A DNA stretch of 64,000 nucleotides, taken from Octopus bimaculoides (taxonomy: Eukaryota). The notes under the pieces were generated by a model. The model was not told the origin of the DNA, searched no databases, and worked only from the letters and a program-made list of their open reading frames with translations. The translations under genes and the position numbers were made by a program. The stretch spans positions 54,684,159 to 54,748,158 of the forward strand of contig NC_068998.1 of the NCBI RefSeq assembly GCF_001194135.2, in the 5' to 3' direction. Shown here piece by piece: positions 26,373 to 40,400 of the stretch; position 1 is the first letter of the stretch, and each line of letters opens with the position of its first letter.

Positions 26373-29300
26373 ATTGATCTTTAATTTCTTACCAAATCTC
26401 ACCTGTGTTTGGTACATGTTGCTTCTGTTTCACTCTTATTCCATGGAAATCAGGAATCAAACACAAAGTCTCTCGAGCATCTTAAAGTGAATCCTTCTAC
26501 CATTGATATTGGATGAAAGATCCTGTAAATGTCAGCTTCGTTTACCTGTGATGTGTTGATAACATCATTACTTTTGTTACTCTCTCATTCAAGTCTTTCC
26601 TCTGATAATTTAAATATTATCCATAAATATAATCTAATTACTAAATATCTTTGCATACACATGCTCTCTTCAAGCTGTTGGATGTTACTCTTAGTCAAGA
26701 CTTTTCTCTGTGTTATTAGAAGTATTTGTTGTTGTTGTTGTTGTTGTTGAACTCCTGGCCAACTCTGATCAAACAGAGCTGTGATCAGTGCCAGTCCAAC
26801 CATGACCATCTGTTTCTCAGGTGCTGTCTATCTAGGACTACATTCATCATCATCATTTAAAATCTGTTTCCATGCTGGCATGGGTTGCACATATGCATAC
26901 ACACGTATGATGGGCTTCTTTTCAGTTTCCATGCGCTAAATCCATTCACAAGGCTTTGATTGACCTGAGGCCAAGGTGGCACACAGTGGGACTGAACCCA
27001 AGACCATGAGAAACCAGCTTCTCAACCACATGGCTATTCCCACATCAATATATTATCTTTACCCTCCAGTTTGTTAATCCATTGAGAAATGGCTGACTTC
27101 ATAGACTTGGTGCAGTTGTGGCAGTAATTCTTCTGCTGTCAGTGGTTTAATATTTATTGTACAAGTTGGAAACGGTGACTTAATTCTGCTGAGATAAGCA
27201 TTATTTATTGCTTAATCAGAAAAACCATCCATTGAAAACACATGCCCACGACAATGTCCTCATAATGGAATGGTTTACCAACTTACCCAGCCCAGCAGTA
27301 CACATATCATGTAACACAGAACATTTGTCTAATATAAAAGATTTGACATGTTCAGTTGTTTCCCGAAAAAAAAAAGAAAAATCTTTATTGATTTCTGTTC
27401 CACAATCAGAGAATCATGCACATTGCATTCATTTCCAAATCTTGCAGTTCCTCTCATGTATTTAAGGACAAAAAGGCAGAACAGAAAACAGAACAAAAGC
27501 TCAATGAGTTTTGCACGTTTTATACTTGTTCTGTTTTATTTCCTACGATAATATAAAAGGTTTCACTTCAAAACATGTTTGTGCCTGATGTTTTTTGAAT
27601 CATCATCATCATCATCACTAAAACACAAACATGAAGGTTTTCTGTTGTTGTTGTTTAGCCTCAGGTCATCTTTGATTGAACACGCACATCTATAATGAAA
27701 GACATCCTAGCCATGACCATCTCATCTTTCCAACTATAACTTTTAACATAGATTACATTTTTCCTGCATGTCCTTCTCTATTTTTCAAGAGAGTATGGTT
27801 TTATTTGTGTGAGATTTAGCTGCTATTTCTACAAAGCAAGTAAACACAGAGAGAAATCAACCTCAATTACAGTTCACTCAAAAATGCACACATCCATAAC
27901 AAATACCACAAGGTATTCTAACAACTCTGTCAATTCATCGATATTGTTGCAGTAAACACAGAAAAACTAAACAGTTTTCTCCAAACTTTTATCTCATTCA
28001 AGATAACAATAAAAACATGTCTCAGTTTGTGAAATTCAGTTTCTCACTTATGAAATATTGCTGCAGCTGTTTAATATTTTTATTCTTAACAATACATTTT
28101 GATTAAGGTAATTAGAATTTTTTTTTATGAACTTTAGACACTCTAGATTTGTGTAATGTTACAAACAAATTGCTTAATAAAGTACTTTGGTTCTGTTGCT
28201 ATTGTTTCTTCCAAGCTCAGGTGGCAGACTTGGCTTTAGACATTGGAATTGAAGATGAACAAGAAGTGCAGACAATGTTGGATTTCTACCACGATCTTGG
28301 TGTCATTATCTACTATGGAGGCAGTTTATCTGCAGTCGACAACATTCTACGCAGCCTTGTCATTTTAAATCTCCAGTGGTTGGTGGAAATGTTCCGTAGG
28401 GTAATAACTGCCAACTACCCTCTGAATCAAGTAAGTTTTGTATAAAGTTTATCGGTTCTGTTTCAATATTTTCATTGAGAAGACTTTAATTAGACTTTCT
28501 TAAGATGAAGTAAGATATTAAACCGACAAGTTATTAAAGTTTCCTTTTTTGAATAACTTGAGAAATTCTCTGTGAAAATAACAGAAAAACAAAACAACAA
28601 AATTTTCAACCTGATTATTTTTTTATGGATTTTCTTTCGAATTATAAATTATCAATTTTCTACCTCCCCCACCCTCTCCCTGGGTTTCGTTGAATTAAAC
28701 TACTTCCTATCTGTTTGTAGGAGAAAATGCCTAAGTTGTGGGAGGTGGGGGAAGATTCAATTTGATAATTTCTATATATTTATATTACAGCATTTATTTA
28801 GTTTCAATTAATTTGAGAACAATTATCTCTTAGAGTATTTTCCTTAGACACCAACCAAGACATTACATTCTACTCCATGCTGTGTAGAAACGATGGGAAA
28901 AAATAAATAACACTGACAGTAACACACATTAACATATAAACTAAAGAAAATTATATTTCACACACGCAAACATACACATCTATATTGATATTTGAATTTC
29001 TTGATCAGAAATATGCATCCCTGAATAATCAGGTCTGTTGACCTTATCCCCCAAAATACACCTGGTATTCCTCATACCCAATGGCCAGCTCAGTTGAAGC
29101 AGTGTCTTCTGCTGATTTAGACTCCCATGCCATGAGTTGATGGTGCAATATGTTAACCATTAGCTTATTTTGCTTTCCTCATATCTCAAAATAGTTATTT
29201 CAATATTTCCAGACTATTATTGTTGCATAATATTTTTTTTTAGCTGTAAACAATCTCAACTTTAACCTAGACATTTCTGTTTCTTTCTTTTCTTTCTACC

Positions 29301-31101
29301 TCCTGCTGTGTTTCCAGTTACATTTTCATCACAGAAACAAATCAAACAAAAAGATAAAACAAAACAACAAAAAAAACACGTCCAATCTCTCATTCGAAAG
29401 ACGACTGCCCTATGGAATTGCTTCCCTTTTCTATTTCTAAATGTTAAAAGTTAAACATTTAAATGTTAATTCTTTAAACCACAATAATTCCGCTCGTCCT
29501 TTCACCTTTTGGAATTAGGAAATGCTCCTTCTTCCACCAAGCTCTGGAAACAGCCCTCCTTTGACTCAGAAAGTAAAATACTTTATTGTGGACCTCAATT
29601 GGTATAAGGCCAGAATTTGTGGTCAAACTCCAGTACTCAACCAGTAGAGAACCCCTGTTAACCATTCAGACAATAAAATAAACCTTCTGCTTTATGCTCT
29701 CTTTATAGGAAAGTAGAAGGACATTGGACAAGCTTGTCACAGATACGGTCGCAGTATATATTTATTGTTTATGGGTTTTGCAAACATCTTTTTGTGTTTG
29801 TTCTCTTTTTCTTTTTCACAAAAGTCAGTTTTCTTACAGGATAGTGTTTATGTTGAGAAGCGACAGCAACTGGAAAAATATGGGCTTCTGGATGAGCAAC
29901 TGATAAATTATTTATGGAATGATGAACTTGAACATAAGGCAGCCCTGTTGGGGTTGTTGCAAAAGTTTGATCTCATCTGTAAACGTATTCCTTCAAAGGT
30001 AGGACACTTTTATTTCATCATCATCATTTAATGTCCATGTTCCATTCTGGTATGGTTTGACTGGATCCGATGTGTCCAAGGACTACACCAAGTTCCAATG
30101 TCTACTTTGATATGGTTCCAATGGCTGGATATCCTTCCTAATGTCAACCTCTTTACAGCCGTGGACTGGATGCTTTTTTTTTTTTTGTGCCACCTGCACT
30201 ATTGAGGTTGCCATGCAGTTCATAGGGTTGTGAGCTCCTGGGGAGGTGGGTTGGTCAGCTCCATGCTAGGGAATGGGGGGGATTAATATGAGGGGAGGTG
30301 GGGCAGAACAGGTTTTTGCAGAGGGATCTGCAAGGCTACTCACATCAGGTAGGAGTGGGGTCAGATGGTTCAACACACAATAATAATAATAATAATAATC
30401 TTTTCTTTATTGATCACAACAGCCCAAGATGTAGAGATGGAACATGCTGCAGGAGAAATTGTGATTAAACAAAAAGAAGACAACAATGACTACAACAAGT
30501 ATCAATTGAATATCAATGATGAAAGTGTCCCCCAAATGGGGGTGTGGGGACAAGAATCACCTAGAGCCAATCAAGGATCCCCCACAGGTCCTGAATTACT
30601 GTGATTACCTGTAATCTTGTTCTCCAGCTTACAGGTGCATGTTGAGGCTAGGCCCAATCACTAGCCATTCAAGTTGTGAGTTCGAATCCCAGACCGGGCT
30701 GTGTTCTTGAGCAAGACACTTTATTTCACATTGCTCCAGTTCACTCATGTGTAGAAATGAGTTGTGACGTCACTGGTGCCAAGCTGTATCGGCTCCTTTG
30801 CCTTTCCCTTAGACAACAAGGGAGTGGCATGGAGAGAGGAGGCCGGTATGCATGGGCGACTGCTGGTCTTCCATAAAACAACCCTGCCCAGTTCCCATGG
30901 TCAGTCATGACTGAAAGGGGTCTTTACCCTTTACCTTACCTTACGTGTGTGTATACATACATGCATATATATATAAATATATATATGTATGTGTGTGTGT
31001 ATATATATATATGTATGTATATATGTATGTGTTTGTGTATATATGTATGTATATATATACGTGTGTGTATATATATATGTATATATATATGTGTATATAT
31101 A

Positions 31102-31134
<33 letters not shown>

Positions 31135-31425
31135 GTACAAACAAACACGTATGCACATATAAATATATTTGTAGAAAATCTAAAATAATCGATCTTCAGA
31201 TTTCCTGATAATTTGGTTATTTAGACTCGACTGGTATATCTTCTTGCAGTCATCTGCCAGAAATTGCTTCAGTATTTTAAGATGGCATTTACTCTGTCTA
31301 TCCGTGATATTTTTAATTAAAATATTTCAAAAACATTCTCTTCTTCAGATCTTATCTCCCATAGCAACAAATTAAGCCTGTTAAAAGGTAATGCAAATAA
31401 ATGTTGAATCGAGGATATCTGGTTT

Positions 31426-31458
<33 letters not shown>

Positions 31459-31837
31459 TTTTTCTTTACCTTTTTTTTTTCTGTATTTCTTTCCTGCCAA
31501 TTAGGTGGATAACAGCAAAGGAGCTAGTTATTATGTACCTTCGATGTTTCATCTACCACGAGATAACAAGAAGCTTCATCCAGGAAATTCAGATGTTGTC
31601 ACCTTTTATTTAAATTTTCATGGATTCCTTCCAGGTAATTAACACAAATATCTTCATTTCCACCACCATCGTCACCATCACCATTATCACTACTGTCATC
31701 AACATCATCACAGCCACCACCACCACCACTACCATCATCATCACCACCACCATTATCAGTAACACCTCCACCACATTCCACTCTTGTCTAATTTTTCTGT
31801 GATGAAAACATTGTAATTGCCAGTATACAATTTTATT

Positions 31838-31874
<37 letters not shown>

Positions 31875-34035
31875 GAAAATTTATGTAATTTCATTTAAAT
31901 TCATTTTCATTTGAACATCATTAGAAAATACAATGAAAAAAGAATTAGGAAAATGTTATTTTGGGGGGAAAACGAAATACTGTTGGAGGGTATTCAGTGC
32001 ATGGATTCCAGGTAGAAACGGTTTGATGCAAAATGAATGAAGCCTGGTAATCGTCTGTGGTGACATGATTCAATTCCGTGAAAAGCAAAAATGAAACGAG
32101 CAAACCATGTTTCATACTTTTTCTTCACACTGTACTCGCTTTGCTTTATAGATTGCATTCATTTTAACCTAACATTTTCCTGGATCCTGTTATAGACACG
32201 ATATATATATATGTATATGTGTACACACGCATATACATATGTGTGTGTGTGTGTTAGAGTTATTTTAAATGTGAAGTATGCAACCAGTAGGCATATTATG
32301 ATGGCATGATAAGGGAACAATTGAATTTATGGAAAAGGAGTAATAAAAAGAAGGAAATCGTTGTGTGATATATAAAGGTTAATATATGCTTAAGATGGTA
32401 TCAAACTGTTCTGGTGATCAGAAGCTATTGTCGATAACTGAGATGAAAACAAAAGACAGGTACAGTTGATGAGCTGAAGGTTGGAGTCATTTGGAAGTGT
32501 TACCTTAACAATTATCGATATAAATGTATTTGAAAGTGTTAGTGGTTTAAGATATGAGCACCAGTCTATCTAGAGAATGAACCCCTTTCATAGTTGAGGA
32601 GGAGATTGCAGTTTTGGACAAAGGCAGAAGCTAAATAACATTAAATTAGCTTTTGACTTTATGCATGACACCAAGCCAAGAAAGTGTATTTACGATGAAA
32701 ATAATTCTGATGCTTTCAATGTTGAGGAATCTTTAAATTGGATTTCATTTATAAGGAATGGTGTTATTCTGGTTTAGCCTTTGATCAACCTTCATCAAGC
32801 TGGTCTACAATCACAATCATTCCTGTCGCAATTACCTTGGCTATTTTTTTGTGACATTGTATATCTTGGAGTACAGTATCCAGTGTGTCTTTTTTCTTTT
32901 TAAGATGGTTCAGTTTGGATTTAAAGTCGATTCAGCTGCTATTTCTAGCAGGACTGACGATCGCTTGAATATCTACGTCTCTCTTTTGACTGGTGAACTC
33001 CAGTTTGCTTGCTTGGAAATTGTTGTATGATTTTTGTTGAAATGAAAGCTCATAGAGACAAGAGATTGTTAAGCTCTTAAGAGACAAGGATTAAAATGTT
33101 TTGGTTTAACTCTATTTTCAAATTAACATCATAATATTTCCATTTAGCCCGGCCGTATTTACTATCACCAGACTTTGTCCATCATTCTTACTGAATTAAG
33201 ATCTTTTATAAACAACTATTCTCAACTGTTTACATCCATTACAAAACGATTGAGATGAGATTTATTATATTTTTCAGAAGCATTATTTCACCGAATCTTA
33301 GCACACACCCTACATTGGTCTCAGGAATGTGGTGGCTCTGAGCCATATCTTTACTATCGAGTAGCTCGACTTTTTCTTGATTCTGAACATGATTTTATTT
33401 TAGAAATGTTACCCAGTTCATATGCAAAGGTCAAGGTAACAAATATTTTTACTAAAGTTCACCATGTTTGCTCATTATTTTATTTATCTTTAAATTTTGT
33501 CGTAAAACATTTTTTTTAATAAAATTATTTCTATATCTATTTTTTCTTTCATTGGTTCGACAAATAATTGGTTTCAAATTTTGGCACAAGGCCAGCAATT
33601 TTGGGGTAGGGTTGAGTCAATTACATCAACCCCATTAATCAGCTGGTACTTATTTTTATCGACCCTGAAAGGATGAAAGGCAAAGTTGACCTCGGCAGAA
33701 TTCAAACTCAGAACATAAAGACTGACAAAATGCTGCCAAACATTTTGTATCAGTGAAAGTGATAGGGAAGTGTCTGTGTAATTTGGTGCAGAACAAATGT
33801 CTCAAGGGATTTTGTTCACAAAAACTCTAGTTTTTCAGTCTTCTTGTCAATGTTTACATCCTTCAACTCAATATAGAAAAGCTACATATATCAAAGCACA
33901 TTTAGGTTTACAAACAGAACATTACATCAATATACAATAGACAAATATATTGTGTGTGTGTGTGTGTACACTTGTATTGAAAGGACATTTTTTCTGACAC
34001 AGGTAATGCTTTAATGATTCTGTTAATCCACACCC

Positions 34036-34089
<54 letters not shown>

Positions 34090-34374
34090 GTTTCAAATTT
34101 TGGCCCAAAGCCAGCAATTNNNNNNNNNNGGGGGGGGGGGGTAAATTGCTTACATCAACCCCAGTACTCAACTGATCCTTATTTTATAAACCTTGAAAGG
34201 ATGAAAGGCAAAGTTGACCTTGGTGGAATTTCAACACAGGACATAAAGGTGGACAAAATGCCACTAAGCATTTTTCCCAGCGTCCTATGGTTCTGCCAGC
34301 TCATCACCTTAATAATAATACTAATAGTAGTAGTAGTAGTAGTAGCAGCGCAACGTAACCAACCAAATATCTAC

Positions 34375-34410
<36 letters not shown>

Positions 34411-37400
34411 GTGGCGAGCTGGCGGAAATGTTAGCACGTTGGGCAAAATGCTTAGCAGTATTTTGTCTGTCTTTATGTTCTGAGTTCAAATTCCACCAAG
34501 GTTGACTTTGCCTTTCATCCTTTCAGGGTCAATAAATTAAGTACCAGTTGTGTACTGGGTCGATCTAATTGACTACCCCCCCATCCCCCCAAACTTTCAG
34601 GCTTTGTGCCTAGAGTAGAAAAGAGTGTATGTGTGTGTCCGTCCGTCCGTCCGTCCATGCAGTACAGTAATGGAGATATCAATGATAAAGCAGTAATGCT
34701 GTAACATGCGAATAAACACTTCAGTTAATAAATTAGCTGCTTTCAGTTCGAGAGAGAGAACAAAATTAACACCCTCATGCCGTTGAACATTTAAGTTAAT
34801 TAAGTAAAAGATCTTAATTATTTGCTCCTACTATCAAAAAAAGATCTACTGTTCTAACGAGAATGCCTAGCTTCAATATTTAGTCACCATGTTTATATAA
34901 ACCTCAAATACTGTTTTATTTTCAGCTTCAATTAATCTTGGAATTCTATTAGATTATTCTCTGAAGAAAAGTTATTGAACTTATCCGAGAACTCGGTTAA
35001 AACGTTGATAAAATATCTTTTATTTTCCGAATACTAAAATATAATAATGATAAAATGATTTCAAAGCTAGGAATTAGCCTGGATAAATTCCACCTAAATT
35101 CCTCTCATCTCTGTAACTGTATGACTTCTCTGACATGTTGGTGTTATTTCTAAGTCTTCACCTGGGTTTATTTATTAGCAATTACTACTGTCTCCAGGTG
35201 TTCTATCCTATCAAAGGATTTGGAAATTTGTAAAATTAATTATGTAACTCGTACAGATTTCAGTAGTTTCATACCATTATCTGTTATGATTGATAGACAA
35301 GAAGAAAACCCACTTCTTATTGTATTGTTTGCTGTAATCTGTTTGTTTGCAGGTTGTTGTGATGCGTGTTGCAGAAGCCAGAGAAGAGGATGTTTATATT
35401 AGTGACAATGGACAGAAAGCTCCTCTTGTAACGAGCCCCCAAGCAGTGGCTAAGGTATTCATTTGTGTTGATAATATTCTCCTGTCAAAGCGAACCGAAG
35501 CTTACAAATCTGATCTTGATCACTGAGATGATTCAGGGACTGTGGATTCAAAGTGAAGATGGTTTTTAGAAATAGCCAACCAAATTATTAATTCAGTTCT
35601 ATTATTTTGAATAGGGGTGTGGGGTGGAGAGAAGGGTGTAATTAAGACTTACCTTAGTTTAGTTTTAATCATCATCATCATCATTTAATGTCCACTTTTC
35701 CTTGCTTGCAAGTGTAGACAGAATTTTTCTATGACTGGATGCCCTTCCTGTCACCAATCCTTGCCTGTATCCTAGTGAAGTAATATTTCCCTGTGGTTAG
35801 ATGTGATGTCAAGACAAGGGTACACATAAATACACAGACACACAAGCGCAACAAGATAAAAGATTCTTTCAGTTTCCATCTAGCCAACAGAGTCTTTGAT
35901 TGATCTGGAGGTGTGGTAGAAGACATTTGACCAAGGTGCCATGGAGTGGGACTGAACCCAAAACCATATGGCTGGGAAGGAAGCTTCTTAACCACACAGC
36001 CATGCTTGTGTCTCTTAATAATGCAGCTGAACTAAAAAAAAAAGGAAAACAGAGAGCATTGAAGACAAAATTCAGTTTAGTTTAAATAATATTGAAAATT
36101 GGCTTTGAGCCAGAAAAGGGTCACAAATCTGGGGCTTATCTGAATTTCTGAGATGTTTAGTGACTGGAAATACAAGACTTGCCCCTGGGCAGAACACCAG
36201 TACATTACAGGGTTAATGCACTGGTGTAAAGAGTAATGAAGTGCCTTGCTCAAGGACAGAATGTACCACTCTATTCAAGAATTGAACCCTCAACCTGACA
36301 ATCGTGTCCACTAAGCCATGCACCTTCACTTAAATAATGCAGTCAAGTGTCTTCCATTAATTTCCAAAATTAATCCAAAGCATTGAAGAGTGTTTTTCTT
36401 TCTTTCTTTCGTTTGTTCGTTTGTCAATAGAATATTGTCTCACGAAAGGATTGCTTTTTTTATTTAAAAAATTTTTTAAATTAAGGGTTAAAAAAAGCCA
36501 TTTTATATTTCAACAGGTACGTAATTTTTTGGACACAACACTTCTTCGACTGCGGGAAGTATGGATGAAACGTATCTCCTACAGCACCAGTGTCAGTTGT
36601 CCGTGTGGCCAGTTATGTGATTTTCATCATATCAGTGGTTGTACGGCTGAGACTTGTCTTCATTTTCTCGATCTTGATGAATGTCTTAGCAAAAAGGTTA
36701 GTCTCCCTCACTCATTCCATGTTCATGGCACCCCACCCTTCCTTTTTTAACATTTTCTTGTCTGTTTTTTTTTTTTACATTTTTCTCTCCATCTACTGGT
36801 CTCAATCATTGGACTGTGACCATTCTGAGACAACATTTTCATTGGTCTTAATCATGGTTGTGTTGTTAAGAAACTTGCACTGTGTGAGACCTTGGGCAAG
36901 TGCTTTGTTTATATCCCCTTAACTTAGCTGCTTGACAAAAGTGACTGATAGTATAAGTACCAGACTGTGGTTGATTTGTTTGACTAATCCTTTCAAGGTG
37001 ACACCTTCATCAGCCAAACTCTGTTGTGTTGTACGTGGTCTGTGGAATGCTGTCACCAACCCTCACCTGTTTTTCATCAAAATAATATTTTCCCTTTATC
37101 CTTTGAACACAAACAGCACCTGAGTAGGAAATGTTTTTAATGGTAGAATGCTTGTATCATGGTGATGTTGTTTACGATTATCATGGGACATCAAAACAAG
37201 ACATGAACACATGCTCACATATAATAGGCTTCTTTTAGTTTCCCTCTCCCGAATCCTCTTTGGTTGGCCTGGGGTTTTAGAGAAGGTATTTGCCCAAGGT
37301 GCTGCACTGTGGGACTGAATCCAGGACCCTGGGATTGCAAAGCAAACTTCTTATCTGTGTGCTACATAAGCACACTAACCCCCATGTCAGTGCCTTAAAG

Positions 37401-40400
37401 AAACAAATATCTAAGTCTGAATATTTCTTTTGTGGATCTAAACACACATCCTCAGAATGTCCTGCATTTGGTCAAACATGTATTAAATGTGTGGAGTGGG
37501 GGGAAGAATCATTTTGAGGACAATATATAATTTAAGGAAATGGTTGAGGGAATTGAAGAAATTGAAAATGAAGATTCTGCAAGTATTTGTGAAATTGGAA
37601 TAAAAAATATAGAATGATGATTACGAAACTCAATAATGTTAACATTAAAGTGCCAGCCACATTGACAGCCAAGCAACTGCAATAGCTGAGAATTCCTGGA
37701 TGGATTTGAATAAAGCAAAATTAAGAAAATGGGATTTCCAACTAAAACAAATTGATGGATCAGTCTTTGAGATTCTGGGAGAGTTTGATGCATTAATGGT
37801 AATTGGCAAGGAGAATAGAGAGAGATTGTGAGTGTCATTGTTGTAGAATGAAAAAAATAATAATAGCTTATTGATCTGAACATGAAGAATGAATGTTGAT
37901 TGTTCAACATTAATTCTTGAGATTGAAACCCCAAGATGATTTGAGAGATTAAGAGGTTTCATGGCTAACATCCTTCTCAAAGGTAATATGAAACCATGCT
38001 ATTTTGAGGCAAAAACCATTATCAATACATGTTAAAGTAAGGAAATTAATTAATAAAAGATTTTAAGTTCTTCCTAGAAAGAATAAACGGATCCCTGATT
38101 TAATTAGTGGATAAAGAGATCTCAGAATATGAGGGATCTATAAATTAGGTGTAATGGAAAGAATTTGTTCAGGATCTTATCCATTCCCTAAATACTGGAT
38201 TGAGTTTCGTTGTTTTCAAGTGAAGAATTATTTTGCCAAAATGGATTTAAAGGAAGCACATCAACAAATTGAAATGTATTTTCAAGTAAGAGATGTTACA
38301 CACCTATAAATACACCTAAGATTGTTTTTAAGGTGAACATGTTTCCAATATGGAATTAAAACAGGAAGTGCTACATTTTAGAGGGTCATAGAACATATTG
38401 TTGGAACATGGATAATTTCGTCTGTCTTTGTGTTCTGAGTTCAAATTCTACCAAGATTGATCTTTACCTTTCATTCTTTCAGGGTTGATAAAATAAGTAC
38501 CAGTTATGTACTGGGGTTGATGTAATTAACTTACCCCTCTTCCCTGAAACTGACGGCCTTGTACCAAAATTTGAATCCATTATTTATCAAGATTCTGTAC
38601 AATCATAAAAAGTTGAAATTCTCAGGCCTGATGATCAAATGAGTTGGATCTGTGTTAGAAATTGGTGAATTGTCTTTCCTTGGATAGAGTCTGACAGATG
38701 AAGATATATATCACCAGATTATCATTTAGCTGCAAGAATTATAGACATGAAAACTGACAAACGACAAGAAGCTATTAGAATCTTTTCTTAGACTTGTTAA
38801 TATCTATGGAAGATTTAATGACCATTATTCAGATCACATATCACCGCTTAGAATCACTTTGTAAAACTGGTCTCCTGGTTTTTTGAAGAATCCTTCAACA
38901 AAACTCAACTAAGCAGATAAAAACTGCTGAAATCGTTATAGCTATTGGTTCAGATTTATAATATCACAAAAGAAGTTACGTCGAAAGTTGATGCAAATGA
39001 AAAAGCTATAACACAAGAAAAACTACCTTGTATTATGTTTGTCAACAACATTAACCACATCTAAAACAAGATATTCAAATATTGAGAAGAGGAAACCTGG
39101 GCAAATGTGTTCTGTATTCAAAGAGAATAGTATTTTCTGCCTGGCTGAAGATTTAAATTGTTCTCAGATCATAAGAGTAAGTCTCACAAGAATATATATT
39201 TTTAACAAGCATTGTAGTTTATCAAAAGTGCTGTCTGCTTGGAATATGAGATGGGGTTCTCGAATAATAGGGTTTGGTTGTGAAATATCTTTGTAACAGG
39301 ATCTCAGATATCATGTATTGATCTATTATCGCAATTGCAGGAATTAATTATGGTGGTGGAGGTGGGTTTTATCAATCTTTTATAAATTGATGGATTAAAA
39401 TGTAGAAATATAACATTGAAAACTACCAATATTTTATTTAAAAGGACTTTTAATAATTATTTTTCCGTTTTAGAAAAGTTGTTTAATTCATTGAAAAAAA
39501 AAAATTAACAAAGCACAGGCTTGGCTGTGTGGTTAAGAAGCTTGTTTGGCAACCACATGGTTTCAGGTTCAGTCCCTCTGTGCAGCACATTGGGTATGTT
39601 TTCTACTATAGCCCTGACCAATGCTTTGTGAGTGAATTTGATAGATGCTTCTACTCCGTTTATCTCTACTAAATTTTATTCATCAACGTTTGGTTGGTTT
39701 AAGGCTTTAGTAGAAGACACTCAGTTGGTCTCATACAACTGGGATTGAACTTGAAAGGATGGAGCTGCAAAGCGAACCACTTTACCAAGCAGCCATACTT
39801 GTAGCCGACATTTATTCTGGAGCAGACAAAGTGCAGTGGGTTGAATTATATGTATCTAATTCAACGGCTGAAGGAGATTTTGATCTTGTGATACTGTCAT
39901 CAATTGTCCAGCAATGTTAACAGTATAATCATTTTGAATGTGAAGAGAAACTAGTTTAGACTGCTTTGAGAAAGCTTTCTCACAAATAATTGACAACAAA
40001 GGGTGAATAAATACAGACATAATAAGTATAATCGGTGTCTGAAAATCAACAGCATATTTACTTGAAAGACCATTATAGCAAGACTTCAAGAGATCTTGTT
40101 TTGTTTTCAATGACAAAGAAAGAAAGAAAAATGTAAAAAGAAATGGAATTCTGGTCGACTTCAATGTGAAGATTCTTTGGCCAAGTTTAACCAGGAGAGA
40201 CACTACTTATAATTTGCAGGAAACAACTTGAAGACAAATGGTAAATTATACATTTCAATGGAGAACATCATTAAAACTATTTAGTAAACTATGTATAAAA
40301 GACATTTTCAATAAGGACACCTGTAATACTAGACACAAACAATTATCTCGCCTACTAACCCCTCCCCCCTGCCTCTGATATCAATAATTTAGGGAAGGCT

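Noticed and set aside
28360-28385. COR motif reads VILNLQWL instead of VIL.PQWL
   Set aside because: A single substitution that cannot be interpreted without an alignment.
30365-30604. 79-aa ORF that looks exon-like between exons 11 and 12
   Set aside because: Its acceptor gives phase 1 whereas phase 0 is needed, exons 11 and 12 join cleanly without it, and the minus strand looks like a LINE 3' end.
30931-31208. Cluster of Y/I/H/T/C/V-rich ORFs
   Set aside because: Translations of TA/TG microsatellite.
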